Below are positions 1-11,900 of a stretch of 64,000 bases of DNA, piece by piece. The first letter of the stretch is position 1; the number at the start of each line of letters is the position of its first letter. The DNA is from Rhizaria sp. SCN 62-66 (taxonomy: Eukaryota), in the NCBI GenBank assembly GCA_001724265.1, contig MEDY01000130.1, positions 1-64,000 of the forward strand, written 5' to 3'. A model generated the notes under the pieces. It saw nothing but the letters and a program-made list of their open reading frames with translations. It was not told the DNA's origin and did not search any database. The position numbers and the translations under genes were made by a program.

Positions 1-584
1 CGTGCTGGCCGAGCGCGTCGGCGGCCGCGTCCACACCACGACCATCTACTGGTCCGAGCGGCCCTACGGCGTGTCGGCCGTCATGTCGACCTACGACGAG
101 GAGGACGGCGCCGCGCTCTACTCGATCGCGCCCACGGGCGTGGTGCTGAAGCAACACGCCGTGGCCGTGGGCCGCCACCGCCAGGGCGCCAAGACGGAGC
201 TGGAGAAGATCCGCTTCGACCAGATCACGGTCCGCGAGGCCGTGGCGCTCATTGCGCTCATCCTCCACAAGCTCCACGACGACGTCAAGGACAAGCCCTT
301 TGAGGTCGAGATGATGTGGCAGTGCGCCGCCAGCAGTTATAAGGCCGTCTCCGTCCCCAAGGAGATCGTCGACGAGGCCGTCACTGTACGTCTTATAATA
401 TCTCACGCATCAGTTTTCTCCTCCAGTCGCTTCACCACTTCGCGTTGACTTGTTTTCCGTACACTTCGCTCACATACTCCTTATCATTGTATTTCTCTGT
501 CACTGTGTACTTTTTTGCTCACAGGTTGCCAAGGCCGCCAAGCAGCGCGCTCTCATGGCCGACTCCGACTCGGACGACGAGTAA
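1..584 (+). CDS. PSMA3: 20S proteasome subunit alpha type-3 (alpha7), 3' part; exons <1-385 and 525-584
   Basis: Motifs TTIYWSERPYGVS, LYSIAPTG, AVGRHRQGAKTELEK, HDDVKDKPFEVEM. Intron 386-524 (GTACGT...CTCACAG, 139 nt) restores the acidic C-tail VAKAAKQRALMADSDSDDE-TAA. Confidence 0.93.
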
Positions 585-948
585 ACGAACATGAACAACA
601 ATATTCACCCACCGTCAAAAAGCTGACACAGTGGTGATCGGGCATGTCGCGCTGTTATTGTCGCTGCAGTCAACCACTGTTTATCGCCGACTTATTACAT
701 ATGACTCTAAAACGTGAAAGAACAAAACAAACACATCAAAATCTCTCTACCAAGAACAAAAAACAAAACAATACAAACTGTTTCATTGAAATACCTTCGC
801 ATGAGTCCTTAAATACGTTTTTTCTTATGTATTCATCCAAATAATACTTATAGTTATACTTATAAACGTCCTCATACTATCTTCATCTCACATGTCACAC
901 AAGTGCAGCACTGTTCGCTTCAGTCTTCGCATCATCGAGCTAATGTGC

Positions 949-3900
949 TTACTTGCGGGCCTTGCGAGCCTTCTTAGCAGCGCGCTCGCCCTCCGCGGTG
1001 GCGCCACTGTCGGCCTCACCGGCGACCACAGCGTTCACGACGCTAACCTTGCCCACAGCGGCGAGGTTCACGGCCGCGGCGGCCTTGCCAGCGCGAGCGG
1101 CCTCGGCCGCGGCCTTCTTGCGGTCAAGCTCGGCCGCGACGTCAATCACACCGTCCTCGTCGTCGTCAGCGTCAGCAGCGGCCGAGTCAGACATCGCGGT
1201 GCGCTTGGCGCCAGTTGTGACGCGGGCCTTCTTGTTCGCAGCGGCGGCAGAGGCGGCGACGACGGTGGGTGAGATCTCGACCTTGATGCCTGCGGCGGCT
1301 GCGGCGGCAGCAGCGGCACCGCGGGAGCGCGGGGCGTCTCCGAAGGCTTTGTCGAGGCGCTCACGGTCCGCGCCAGCGATCTCGACGCACATCCAGCGGC
1401 GGCGCATCTTGTTCTCCTTGACCTGGATCGACACGGTGACGCGCTGCAGGATGCGCAGAGTGAGCGCGCCGACTGACAGGGTGACGGCGTCAGGGTCGTG
1501 GACCAGCTTGACGCCACGCGCGGCCGCCGCGGCAGGGTCCGCAGCCTCGATCTTGACGGCGCACTCGATGCCGTACTTGGGGACAAGCACGCGCACACCG
1601 GTGGACTTGACGGCGACGATGACGGCCTCTTCCTCGACGTACTTATCGGCAAAGTAAAGCATCGAGTAGACCTCGGTCGACGCGCGCGAGGCGAGCTGCG
1701 CCATGCGGTGGCGGTGGTTGAGGTTATCAACTACATCGCGCATGTGCGCACGGTCCTTAAGCGCGTCGGGCAGCGGCGCGATGCCCAGCGACGCCGCGAG
1801 CAGACGGTGCGCGACGACGTCAGAGTAACGGCGAATGGGCGACGTGAAGTGGGTGTAGTTCTGCGCGGCGAGACCGAAGTGTGCGTAGTTCTTCTCGTTC
1901 GTTTCGCCAGAGGAGACGTACACGGCCTGGGTCATACAGCGCGTGGTGAGCATGCGCACGACCTTGTTGAAGATGGGGTCATCCTCGCGGACAATGCGCG
2001 CGAGCGAGTCATTGAGCGCCTTACCGGAGGAGATATCGACGTCAAAGCCCCAGGTCTTGGCGGCCTTAACTAGCGGCTGCAGCATCTCGGGCGCCGGCGT
2101 CGGGTGGCGACGCAGCAGTGCGAGTGTAGGGAAAGCGCGCAACACGTGCTCGGCAACGGAGACGTTGGCGAGAAGCATGAACTCTTCGACGAGCGAGTTA
2201 GCCTCCTTCATCTTGTACATCGTCACGTCAGTCGGCAGGTGCGACTCCTTGTCGAGCACGAACTTAACCTCAGCCGACGCCAGCGACACGGCACCCTTGG
2301 CGATGCGCTGCGCCTTGATGAGCCGCGCGAGCATCATGAGATCCTTGCACGACTGCGTCAGCGGGTCCTTAGTCGTGGCCGCGTCTTCATCGTTATCAAT
2401 GCGCTCCTGCGCCTGTGCGTACGTCATAGCCGCGCGCGAGTTAATAACCGACTTGAAGAAGCGCGTCTCGAGAATCTCGGCCTTAGCGTTGAGGCGCCAG
2501 ACCGCGGAGAAGGCGAGGCGGTCGACATGCTCGTGCAGCGAGCAGATATTGGTCGACAGCCGCGCCGGGATCATATCGATACGGCGGTCGACGAGGTAGA
2601 CTGAAGTGGAGCGCGTCGCGGCCTCGACGTCAAGCGCGGACCCAGGCTTGACGTAGTGCGTAACATCGGCAATGTGCACGCCGACCTCGAAGGAGCCGTC
2701 GGGCAGACGCGTGCAATGTAGCGCGTCGTCGATATCCGTGCAACCGGGAGGGTCGATAGAGCATACGTTGACGCCACGCAAGTCGACACGGCCCGCGCGC
2801 TCGAGCTCGTTGATCTCGTAGTCGGGCCCCGGGAGACAGGCCTCGACGGCCTTAGACCACGCGTCGTGGCGGATCTCATGCTCCAGCAGCACAACCTCAG
2901 TCTCGGTCGCGTGGTCGCCAATCTGGCCCAGCACGCGCACCAAGTGACCGCGCGGGTGGCGGGACGACGCGGGCCACGAGTCGAGCGCAACCATCACGCG
3001 CTTATCCAGCAAGTCCTGGATCTGGCGCGAGGAGATCATCATCTTCGGGTAGCGCCGGTTGACGGGAAGGAAAAGCACGTTGCCTTCGGTCTTGTCAGTC
3101 TCTTCAAGCACGCCGCAAATAGGTTTGAGCTCGCGCGACCAGATACCGACGATCTCGGCCGTGGGGACGGCGCCCGGCGGCGCCTGGCCGGCCGCGATGG
3201 CCGCCGCGGCCGCCTCGGCGCGCTGCTGCTGCAGAGCGACGGCGTCGGCGTCGTCGGCGTCAATACCATCGTCCAGACCGATGTTGTTGTCGTCTTCAAC
3301 GTCGCTGCGGCGGTGGCCGTCGAGCGTCCACTCGGCCGCCGCGTCCTTGCTACTGCGCGCCTGCTTCTTGTCCTTGCTGCTGCCATCAGCGCCGTCCTCG
3401 GCGGAGTCGGCGGCGTCGTCGTCGGGCGGCGCGAGACGGGTCGAGGGCACACGCCACTGCGTCTGCGGCAGCATACGTGCGACAACCGTGTCGCCGTGAA
3501 TCGCGCGGTTCATAGCGCGGAATGACGGCACGAACACACGGCCCTGCCCCGGCACCGAGACGGAGCCCTCGGACCAGTAATCGCGGTTGACGTCAAACAC
3601 ACCGCGCACGAGCGCGCCAGCAGACACGCCAGCGCGCATGGCCTCCTCACTGAGGTGGGGCGCATACTCCCACTGCTGGTCCGCGCGGGCCTCCTCGTCG
3701 CGCGCGGTCTTGGCCAGCACGTCATCGAGCCGCGGCCACGCGGGCGCCATCGCCGCACACAGCTCCGCAGCCGTGACCGACAGAACGCCGAGCTGGCGGG
3801 CCGCGGCGGCGGCGGCGGCGCTGTTGGTGAGCACGACTGGCAGCGCGCGGCCGGCGAGGTGCTGCGCCAGCCAGCGGCCCGCGGCGAGCACCAGCGCCTC

Positions 3901-4851
3901 TTGCTGCGCAGTCGCGGCCGCGGCCTTGACAGTGGCGAGCGCCGCGGCGGCCGCGGAGCCGTGGTCGATGACGGTCACGAGCGGGGTGAGTGCGCGGAGC
4001 TCCTCGACCTCGCTGTCGTCGCCGCTGTCGTCCCCGTCGTCTTCGCCACTGCTGCCGCTCGAAGGCGCAGCGGCGGCGTCGTCGTCGGCCATGGGCTCGG
4101 ACTTGACCGACGCGGCGGCCACGGCGGCGGACGCGGCGAGCGGGGTCTCGCCGACGTAGGCCGCGGCCTCGGCGGGAGAGAGCCACGTCGAGCGGTGGTG
4201 CAGATTTGAGAACACGGTCGCGTGCGCGGTCAACGAGGCCTCGGCCAGGGGCGCCTTGACGCCGTCGGCGGCCGCGTCGCCGGAGCCGGAGCCCGCGGCG
4301 GCGGAGACGGAGCGCGCGACGAAGTTCTGGTTCAGCGTCGTGGCGGCCTCGAAAGAAGAGGCCTTGACGAGCGCGCGCATGCGCTGGTAGGTCTTGTAGT
4401 GGCGGTGGCGCATCTCGTCCAGCACGGATTGCAGCACGATGACGGACGAGAAGGGCGCGGTGCGGCTCTCCAGCAGGTCCATCTGCGCGCCAAAAACGGA
4501 GTGGTCGGGAATTAGCAATAACGGCGTCGTCGCGGCCGCGCGCGCCAGAGCGGCGCCGAGGGGAGTCGTGCGCAGGTCCGGGTGTGCCTCAACGTAGCGC
4601 TGCAGCAGTGCGACGGGTGACGCCGCGGCGGCGTCGGTGGCGTCGAACTCGGGCGACGTGGGGTCGAGGCGCGGGTGCGGAACCTTGGGATTCGCGCCGC
4701 CCAGCGTCTGCGCCAGGCCAGCCTCCAGAGACTTGCAGGAAGGGCACAGCGAGCAGCCGCACACAATGTCGTCGCGCAGGTAGTGCTCGGTGACGACCTT
4801 AAGCACGTTGCCCTTACGATTCTTGCGAATCGCGGTGCGTTGAGTCTGCAT
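949..4851 (-). CDS. DIS3: Exosome complex exonuclease DIS3/RRP44 (CR3-PIN-CSD-RNB-S1), intronless
   Basis: N-terminal KVVTEHYLRDDIVCGCSLC, NRAIHGDTV, RNB catalytic SIDPPGCTDIDDALH, NSLVEEFMLLAN, YTHFTSPIRRYSD. First ATG at 4851; ends TAA. Confidence 0.96.
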   Translation of the reverse strand: MQTQRTAIRKNRKGNVLKVVTEHYLRDDIVCGCSLCPSCKSLEAGLAQTLGGANPKVPHPRLDPTSPEFDATDAAAASPVALLQRYVEAHPDLRTTPLGAALARAAATTPLLLIPDHSVFGAQMDLLESRTAPFSSVIVLQSVLDEMRHRHYKTYQRMRALVKASSFEAATTLNQNFVARSVSAAAGSGSGDAAADGVKAPLAEASLTAHATVFSNLHHRSTWLSPAEAAAYVGETPLAASAAVAAASVKSEPMADDDAAAAPSSGSSGEDDGDDSGDDSEVEELRALTPLVTVIDHGSAAAAALATVKAAAATAQQEALVLAAGRWLAQHLAGRALPVVLTNSAAAAAAARQLGVLSVTAAELCAAMAPAWPRLDDVLAKTARDEEARADQQWEYAPHLSEEAMRAGVSAGALVRGVFDVNRDYWSEGSVSVPGQGRVFVPSFRAMNRAIHGDTVVARMLPQTQWRVPSTRLAPPDDDAADSAEDGADGSSKDKKQARSSKDAAAEWTLDGHRRSDVEDDNNIGLDDGIDADDADAVALQQQRAEAAAAAIAAGQAPPGAVPTAEIVGIWSRELKPICGVLEETDKTEGNVLFLPVNRRYPKMMISSRQIQDLLDKRVMVALDSWPASSRHPRGHLVRVLGQIGDHATETEVVLLEHEIRHDAWSKAVEACLPGPDYEINELERAGRVDLRGVNVCSIDPPGCTDIDDALHCTRLPDGSFEVGVHIADVTHYVKPGSALDVEAATRSTSVYLVDRRIDMIPARLSTNICSLHEHVDRLAFSAVWRLNAKAEILETRFFKSVINSRAAMTYAQAQERIDNDEDAATTKDPLTQSCKDLMMLARLIKAQRIAKGAVSLASAEVKFVLDKESHLPTDVTMYKMKEANSLVEEFMLLANVSVAEHVLRAFPTLALLRRHPTPAPEMLQPLVKAAKTWGFDVDISSGKALNDSLARIVREDDPIFNKVVRMLTTRCMTQAVYVSSGETNEKNYAHFGLAAQNYTHFTSPIRRYSDVVAHRLLAASLGIAPLPDALKDRAHMRDVVDNLNHRHRMAQLASRASTEVYSMLYFADKYVEEEAVIVAVKSTGVRVLVPKYGIECAVKIEAADPAAAAARGVKLVHDPDAVTLSVGALTLRILQRVTVSIQVKENKMRRRWMCVEIAGADRERLDKAFGDAPRSRGAAAAAAAAAGIKVEISPTVVAASAAAANKKARVTTGAKRTAMSDSAAADADDDEDGVIDVAAELDRKKAAAEAARAGKAAAAVNLAAVGKVSVVNAVVAGEADSGATAEGERAAKKARKARK

Positions 4852-6189
4852 GGGACGAAGTTCTGTCTGAGTTCCGAGGAGACCTGTGTGTGAAAAAGGG
4901 GGACTGAAAGTCATGAAGGACGCAAGATTCCAAGAGTGAGGTTTTGAATTTATAAAAGATACCAAGGCTAATTTCCTAAAACGTGTGTTACAAATTCACT
5001 GCACGAGAAAATAGCTCTAATTTCGATGACGCCGGAGTCACAGTTCTCGATGTGCCGTCGAGCAAGTTTGTGGTGGATCTCGTCGTGGGCCGAAAAATGA
5101 TCGCCCTCACCACACCCAGCCCGCCCATCTTCAAGTCACCATATCTTCGTACACTAAAGCCACACTTTGCCAACCACGCAGTACAATATTGTTTAAGTTT
5201 GTTAATTTGTGATCTAATATCTTAATTCTTTGTAGTCGTTGATCCTGATGAGATATGCCTTAGAAACTCACGAACGTGGCACTGCTACTTGACGGCACTT
5301 ATACAACAATCTGTGCTGCCAGAAACTGTAACAGCTTACTTTGATCATCTTTGGACCACATACATGCGGTTGGCTATCATAGTTTAATTTTTTGCAATAA
5401 TTTTAAAACCCGCTGGGAAATAGTATGCGATATCGTCTCTGTCAAAGCAAGTCCGATTCGCCGTCCTTCGTGACGGCCTGAACTTAAAATTGTCGTGTAC
5501 AGGCGGGAACCAAAAGATTATAGTGTATTTAAGTATTTAAAACAAACGCAACGGTTGATCAAACATATTCAAAAGCATGTTAGTCTTAAGGAGCAAAATA
5601 TATCTGACGATGCAGCCCTCGAAATCATTAACGCAACGCTCGGACAGCGGCGAACTTTATAGTGGCACTTTAGCACTATAAGATCATTGTAAGAAACATC
5701 CTCATAGTGACTACACATTTACTAGCTATTATTGTATTTGAATAAATACTTTGATTGCTCTCGTGCTTATCATCTATGTTCTAATTTTTTTAATAATTAT
5801 TTCGGGCGATCGAAAAAAAGATCGTCTGAAGTAAATCTTGTTTATTCATAATTTATATGGTTACAAAGTTAAGATTAATCACATATATTTAGATAGATAT
5901 CCAAATAATATTATGAAGAAAGAGAACATTTCACTAAGAAAAGCGATCAAAGCATTATTGTATTGCTTACAGAGAAGCTCACACGTCACATAGCATATCT
6001 CGCCTGCAAACAGTAGCAGGTGCAACAGACAAACACGAGAGACAGATAGACACAGTGACAAAACATTCGAAAACATCGACTCACTCGCAATAGACACCCA
6101 CATGAATAATAACATGATCATGCGCATTGCAGAAGATCACATCACATACGCCTTGTTGCGCTTAAAGCTTTAGTTAAAGAGCTGTAGAC

Positions 6190-7371
6190 TTACGCGGTGT
6201 AGCGGACAGCCCAAGCGGTCTGCTCGCGGGTGATGCCGACAGCGGCGCCGTAGGAGGCATCCTCGGAGATGAAGAGACCGACGAACATGCCGACGTTGGC
6301 CTGCTTGTACGAGACGGACCAAGTGCGGCCGCCGTCAGTGGAGCCATAGACGTAGCCGTTGAGGCCGTCCTTGTCGAAGTTGCCACCGGACGCGAAGGCG
6401 GTCTTGCCGTTGCCGGCAAAGCGGACCTTGAAGAGCGAGGACATGATGGTGGAGGACTGGGAGAAGACAGCGGTCCACGTGCGGCCGGAGTCCTCGGAGC
6501 GGTAGATCTGACTGGCAGTGGCGCCCTCACCGACAGCGAGGCACACGGCCTCGCCGCGGCCGCCAGCGAGCGAGCAGGAGATGTCGTTGAAGTAGTACTC
6601 GTTGGTGGAGTAGACCTCCTCGAAAGTGCGGCCACCGTCGGTGGAGCGAAGGATGTTGCCGATGTAGGCGTCGTTGCGGGGGGAGGCGAGGCGCTCGTTG
6701 TGGGCGCGGACCTGGGCGAAGCTGAGGTCGCCGGCGGGAACGCAGATGTGCTGAGACTTGCGGAGGCAGTGGTTCAGCGTGTCAGCGGCGAGCTGCTTGG
6801 CCGACGAAGGCCAGGTGCCCTGGGTGATGAAGAAGAGCTTGTCGGAGGGGTAGGAGCCGTAGCGGGCGTACTGGCCGGGGAGCTTGATGCCGGTGAAGGA
6901 GCGAGCGCCGTCGTTGCTGAAGAAGAGGTTGTCGCTGTTGTCAAGCATGGTGTTGGCAACAAAGGCGAAGGCAGCGCGAGCGGGCGAGGTGGCGTTGTTG
7001 CGGATCGCCTTGATGTCCTGGCCGACAGCCATGGGCATGCGGGCGTTGTAGAAGGTCTTGCCATCGTTGGAGGCAAGGATGGCGGAGTAGTTACCCACGC
7101 CCATGCCACCAGCCGCGACGGGGCCAGCGGGGGAGGCGTCAACGGACATGATCATGGGGGAGAAGCCCTTCATGTCGGCGAGGTCCCAGGTCTGGAAGTC
7201 AGTGGACTCATACACACCGAAGGGAGTGTTGGAGTAGCCGCCGACGAGGTAGCAGTGGTCGGGGCGCGAGCAGGTGATGTCCATCGCGATGTTGGGGCAG
7301 GTGTCGAACGCCTCCCAGCCGGCAAAGGCAAGGGGCAGCAGAGCCACAATAACGGCAGCAATGTAACGCAT
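6190..7371 (-). CDS. Secreted BNR/Asp-box repeat beta-propeller protein
   Basis: Signal peptide MRYIAAVIVALLPLAFA; repeated Asp-box-like motifs (SNDGKTF, SNDGARSF, STDGGRTF, SEDSGRTW, STDGGRTW); strong C/G-ending codon bias; ends TAA. Confidence 0.85.
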   Translation of the reverse strand: MRYIAAVIVALLPLAFAGWEAFDTCPNIAMDITCSRPDHCYLVGGYSNTPFGVYESTDFQTWDLADMKGFSPMIMSVDASPAGPVAAGGMGVGNYSAILASNDGKTFYNARMPMAVGQDIKAIRNNATSPARAAFAFVANTMLDNSDNLFFSNDGARSFTGIKLPGQYARYGSYPSDKLFFITQGTWPSSAKQLAADTLNHCLRKSQHICVPAGDLSFAQVRAHNERLASPRNDAYIGNILRSTDGGRTFEEVYSTNEYYFNDISCSLAGGRGEAVCLAVGEGATASQIYRSEDSGRTWTAVFSQSSTIMSSLFKVRFAGNGKTAFASGGNFDKDGLNGYVYGSTDGGRTWSVSYKQANVGMFVGLFISEDASYGAAVGITREQTAWAVRYTA

Positions 7372-8538
7372 TGACGCTGCGTGGGACGCGAGCCGAGGAA
7401 GAAAGGAAAGGAGCCGAATCAAAAGGAGGGTGGTATGTGAGCGATGAGAGACAAGATAGTCATGGGATCGGGGTTATGTCATCGATTCGCGTCAAATTAC
7501 GTATTAACGCAGCATTTTCACACCGGGAAGTGTAGTTATCGTGTTAAATAGCCCGTGACTTCACGATGGAGAGCTAGATGACCGTCGAGAGATAGAAGTA
7601 TCCGTCCTCTGACAACGAGCCCTGTCACTTCCAAATTCTTCTTGCTCCTGCATCACTACAAGTCTCAAACGAAGATATGAAAAACAGGCGCAAAAATTAA
7701 GGCGATTAGCAGTGTCAATATGCACATATCAAGCAACTACAGAAGCTTGATGGTGCAATATCTTCTTTTAAAGTAGACGTGAGGAGGTACTTAGCCAACT
7801 CCCTTGTTGTCGCTCGAAGATCTTGGGCTCAGGACCGAAAAAATAGCCTCTCCGTGACTTGAAACAAAGCGTATCTTTATGAGAGTGTGAAATTATTAAT
7901 AAGCTTATCGAAAAATAATTCTAACCGGGCGAAAACATATTTCAATACTGATTTCCGGTACAATGTTTTTGATTTCAATCAGGACCACTTCGTTCTTGTT
8001 GAGTACACCCACTGCGTCTCTTTGCATCTCCCTCTTACGGCGTGATTCCAAGGCGACTGAGAACATTTAACATCCAATTGGCATGATCAGGGGACAACGC
8101 CTTCACGTCTTGCCCAATGTGATATTCCGGTGCGCGTTGCGCGAGCGCTATGTGTTGCAGTAGAGCTCGTATGTGTTCATGCGTTCTTGCAGTATGGTCA
8201 CACTGCTGTGCTGACGTATGACGCAGAGTATTAATCATTTCAGCAATTTTCTCAGAGCATGACAGCATAATCAGTCACATTTTGGCGTTAAATAGGCACT
8301 TTATTCAGTGACATGAGAGGTACTCGAGTCGCGTGGGTTCGCCACCCGAGCAGCGACCCCAAGACAAAACAATCAGTAGACAATCATAAAGAGAAAGATT
8401 TGGACAAGTTTTAACTGGAACAATTTATGGTAAAGCGTCAGTAAACGTATTATTTGCAGTCGCAAATGATACAGTGTACTAGTGCGCTGCGGGAGAAGAT
8501 AACCGATTCGCACAGCTGGTTAAATAAAAACAAAATAG

Positions 8539-8583
8539 TGGGGCATGCGCCTATACCGTGACTTGGTATAGACACATGCCCCA
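8539..8583 (-). other. 19-bp RNA hairpin about 350 nt downstream of the ABCG stop codon (candidate 3'UTR element)
   Basis: TGGGGCATGCGCCTATACC / GGTATAGACACATGCCCCA around a 7-nt loop; the two C/A mismatches on + become G-U pairs on the - strand. Confidence 0.5.
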
Positions 8584-8935
8584 TCAACAAACGAGCAAAT
8601 TATAGAAGCAAACAATCAAAAAACGAAATGAAGTACAAAGTAATGATAGAAAACAGGAGGAGAAGGCAACACAAGATGCTAGCATATGAAATCAGCCTGC
8701 GTTAGTACAAGGTCGCAACACAACAACAACAAAACTTCAACAGCGAGCAGCAGCACAAGCCTGTATCAGCTCCACCGAGTCAACGCAAACGTGTTTCTGA
8801 AGTGCTACCCCACGACAGTTGTTTTGTTGCGCACCAACAAAGAGTATCAGTCTGCCTTGACAGACAGATTAACCGAAAGAAAGAGAAGGAAACAAAATAT
8901 CAAAACAAAAGCAGTAGGAAAGTAAAAGAGAGACT

Positions 8936-11900
8936 TCAGCGCTTGTCAAAGCGCACCTTAGATGTCGTAATAAACGCAATGATCCACATCACAGCGATAT
9001 ACAGCACGGCCCATCCGATAGCGTCCCAGTACCCGAACAGCCCGAATCCAAGGTACTTGGAGACGTACTCGGCGACAGGCCGCTGCACAGTGTCAACACC
9101 CTCGACGACATCGATGAGGCGCGTGCACTGCGGCAGCGGTTCGCAGGTGTGGAACTGCGGCATCACCAGCGCCTCTGAGAGGTGGCCACAGGGGAGCATG
9201 CGGAAGAACCACACCCAACCGCGCGGGATCGTGGGGAACGGAATCGAGATACCGGTGAAGGAGAAGCAGAGCGAGTAGAAGGCGCCCAGCAGCACGTTGC
9301 CTGTGGGCGCGTTGGGCACGATGGTGGCGACCGTGGTTGCCGTGGCGACGAAGGACAACGCGTAGAGATACGTCGCGAAGAAGAACTTGAAGAACGCGTC
9401 AGCGTCGAGGTTCATGCCGACGAGGAAATACAATGGGATTTGCAGGCAGATGGCGCCCCACGCGCACCACACGACGTCGCAGACAAGATCAGCAAGGAAC
9501 CAGAGTGCGGGAACATACATGCCCGACGAGGTTTCGCGGTAGAACACCGGTTTAGAGGAGATCTTGCCCGGGAACGCGCTCGCGCCGTGCGTGATCGAGT
9601 TGAAGACGACGGACACGGCGATGGCGGCCACGTACGACGTCGCAGCGGCTTGGGTATCGACCGTGAGCCGAAAGTAGATGAGACCGAGAATGATCGCCTG
9701 GATGACAACAACAGCGGTGCGCGTGACCAGCATCGGCGGATTGCGCCAGTACCCGCGCCACGCGCGCGCCATCACCACGAGCATCTGCCGCGGCACCGAC
9801 ACGCGGTCCGCGGCCTCCGTGCTCGACGCCAGCACCAGCGGCAGTGGCGCTGAGACGTGCGAGAGCTGCGACAGCGACTCGGTGCGCGCGCCGCGGACTG
9901 AGTCCGCGTCAGAGTCGGCGTCGCTACCGGCGTCCGACTCGCCACGTCGCCGCGCACCCAGCAACGCGCTCTGGCCGCGCTTGCCGCCGCCGCTGTGACT
10001 GTGGCCGCCACCGTGGGCGCCGAGCGCGGTGCTGCGAGCGGCACCGGAGCCAGTGCCGGCGGGCATGCTGACGACTGGTGCTGGCGCTCTGGCACTCGTG
10101 GAGGCGGGCGCGACTGTGAGCTCGAGCTCGGCCAGTCTGAGCGCGGGAGCGGCGGCGGCGGCCAGCGACGGCGTGCGCGCGGCGACGCCCTCGGGCAGCG
10201 CGACAGGGGACGGCACGGCCGCGGGCGCGGGCGCGGGGAGAGCGAGCGGCGTGTGCACGTCGCCGTCCTCCGCAGCGGCGTCCAGATCACCCTGCGTGTC
10301 CGTCGCAGCAGAGGCGGCGGCTGCGGGCACGGTGCCTGCAGCGGCGGCCTCAGCCTGCGCGCGCGCCTCGGCCTCGGCGCGGAGACCGATGGCCTCGATG
10401 GCCTCGATTTTGGCGCGGGCCGCGGCGCGCACTGAGGAGCGCGCGTAGTGCTGCACAAAGCGTGCCATAATCGCCTTCTGGTCCTCGACGGGCGCTGCAT
10501 CACCGGCGTCGGCGGTCTTAAGAGCGGCGACGCCGACGCCGAGCTGCTCTAGCATCCACGAGGCCGGATTGTAGCGCGGCGGGATCGGCGACACACCGGG
10601 CGCGGCTTGCATATAACGCACAAAGCGGCGCGAACGCGTGCCGAGGTCGCCGAAGAAGACCTGATAGCCACCGGATGCGAGCAGCACAAGACGGTCGAAG
10701 AGGTAGAAAAGCTCGGCGGACGGCTGGTGGATGGTGCAGATGACGGCGCGGCCGGAGCGCGCGATACGGCGCACGACGCGCATGACGGTCTGCGCAGCGC
10801 GGGAGTCGAGACCCGTGGTGGGCTCATCGAGGAACAGCACGGCGGGGTTGGCGACGAGCTCGCAGCCGATGTTGACACGCTTGAGCTGTGACGGGGACAG
10901 ACTTGGCGACGACGCCGAGCCCAGCACGCGGTGCTGGATCGGGGTCAAGTCCAGAATATCGAGCACTTCATCGACAATGCGCTCCTTGATCTCGTTTGAC
11001 ACCGAGGCCGGGAGACGCAGGTGCGCGGCAAAGGCCAGCGTCTCGCGCACTGTGTCGGTGCCGAACAGCGAGTCAAACTGCTCGACGTAGCCCGTCACGC
11101 GCGCCACATCCGCGCGCGACGGCACGCGTCCGTTGAGCAAGATCTTGCCTTCGACGACGCCAGTGTTCTTGCGGCCAGCTAGCACGTCGAGCAGAGTCGT
11201 CTTACCGGCGCCGGACGCGCCCATGAGCGCGGTGAGCCGGCCGGGCTCTGCGTAGCCGTTGACGCCGCGTAGCAGCGGCCGGTCGACCATCGCGCCGCCC
11301 GCGGGCCCCGGCACGCGGACCGTGTAGTGTACGTCGGAGAACGTCAGCCACGTCGGCGAGAAAGGCACAGCCTCGCGGAGCGTGTGGAGCGTGTTGCCGC
11401 CCGTCGCCAAGTCCTGGCTGTGCGCGTCGTCGTCGGCCGCGGCCGCGCGGGGCGCGGTGAGGAACGCGGGCACGCCGGTGACGCGCGAGACCGAGAGCTC
11501 GGCCTCTGCAGCCTCGCGGTACGTGATGCCGGGAGGCAGCGGGGAACCGAGCCCGGGGTCGTCGGCGTGCGCGTCGTCGTGCGCTGCGATGACCTTGTCG
11601 GTGTCGTTGTCCAGCATCTCAGCCTCGTCGTCAAAGCGGGTCGTGCCGCGCGAGGACTCGAAGTTAGGCTGGTACAGCAGCCACGAGTGCATAATCATGC
11701 AGAAGATGGCGAAACCGATGACGTAGAGGAACGCGTAGCCGATGTACTCGCGCCCGGCCTCCATATCAATCGCGCGCAGGTACAAATCGCCCAGTGGGAT
11801 CCCTTCCTCAGCGATGACGCGGTATGCGGACGTGAGGAACTCGTTGTTGACGAGAGCGCGCACGGACCAGAAGTATGGCGAGAGGTACATCAACCAGCGC

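Noticed and set aside
7553-8563. Recurrent CCGTGACTT motif (near 7553, 7852, 8556)
   Set aside because: Three short copies in one spacer; significance and function cannot be established by eye.
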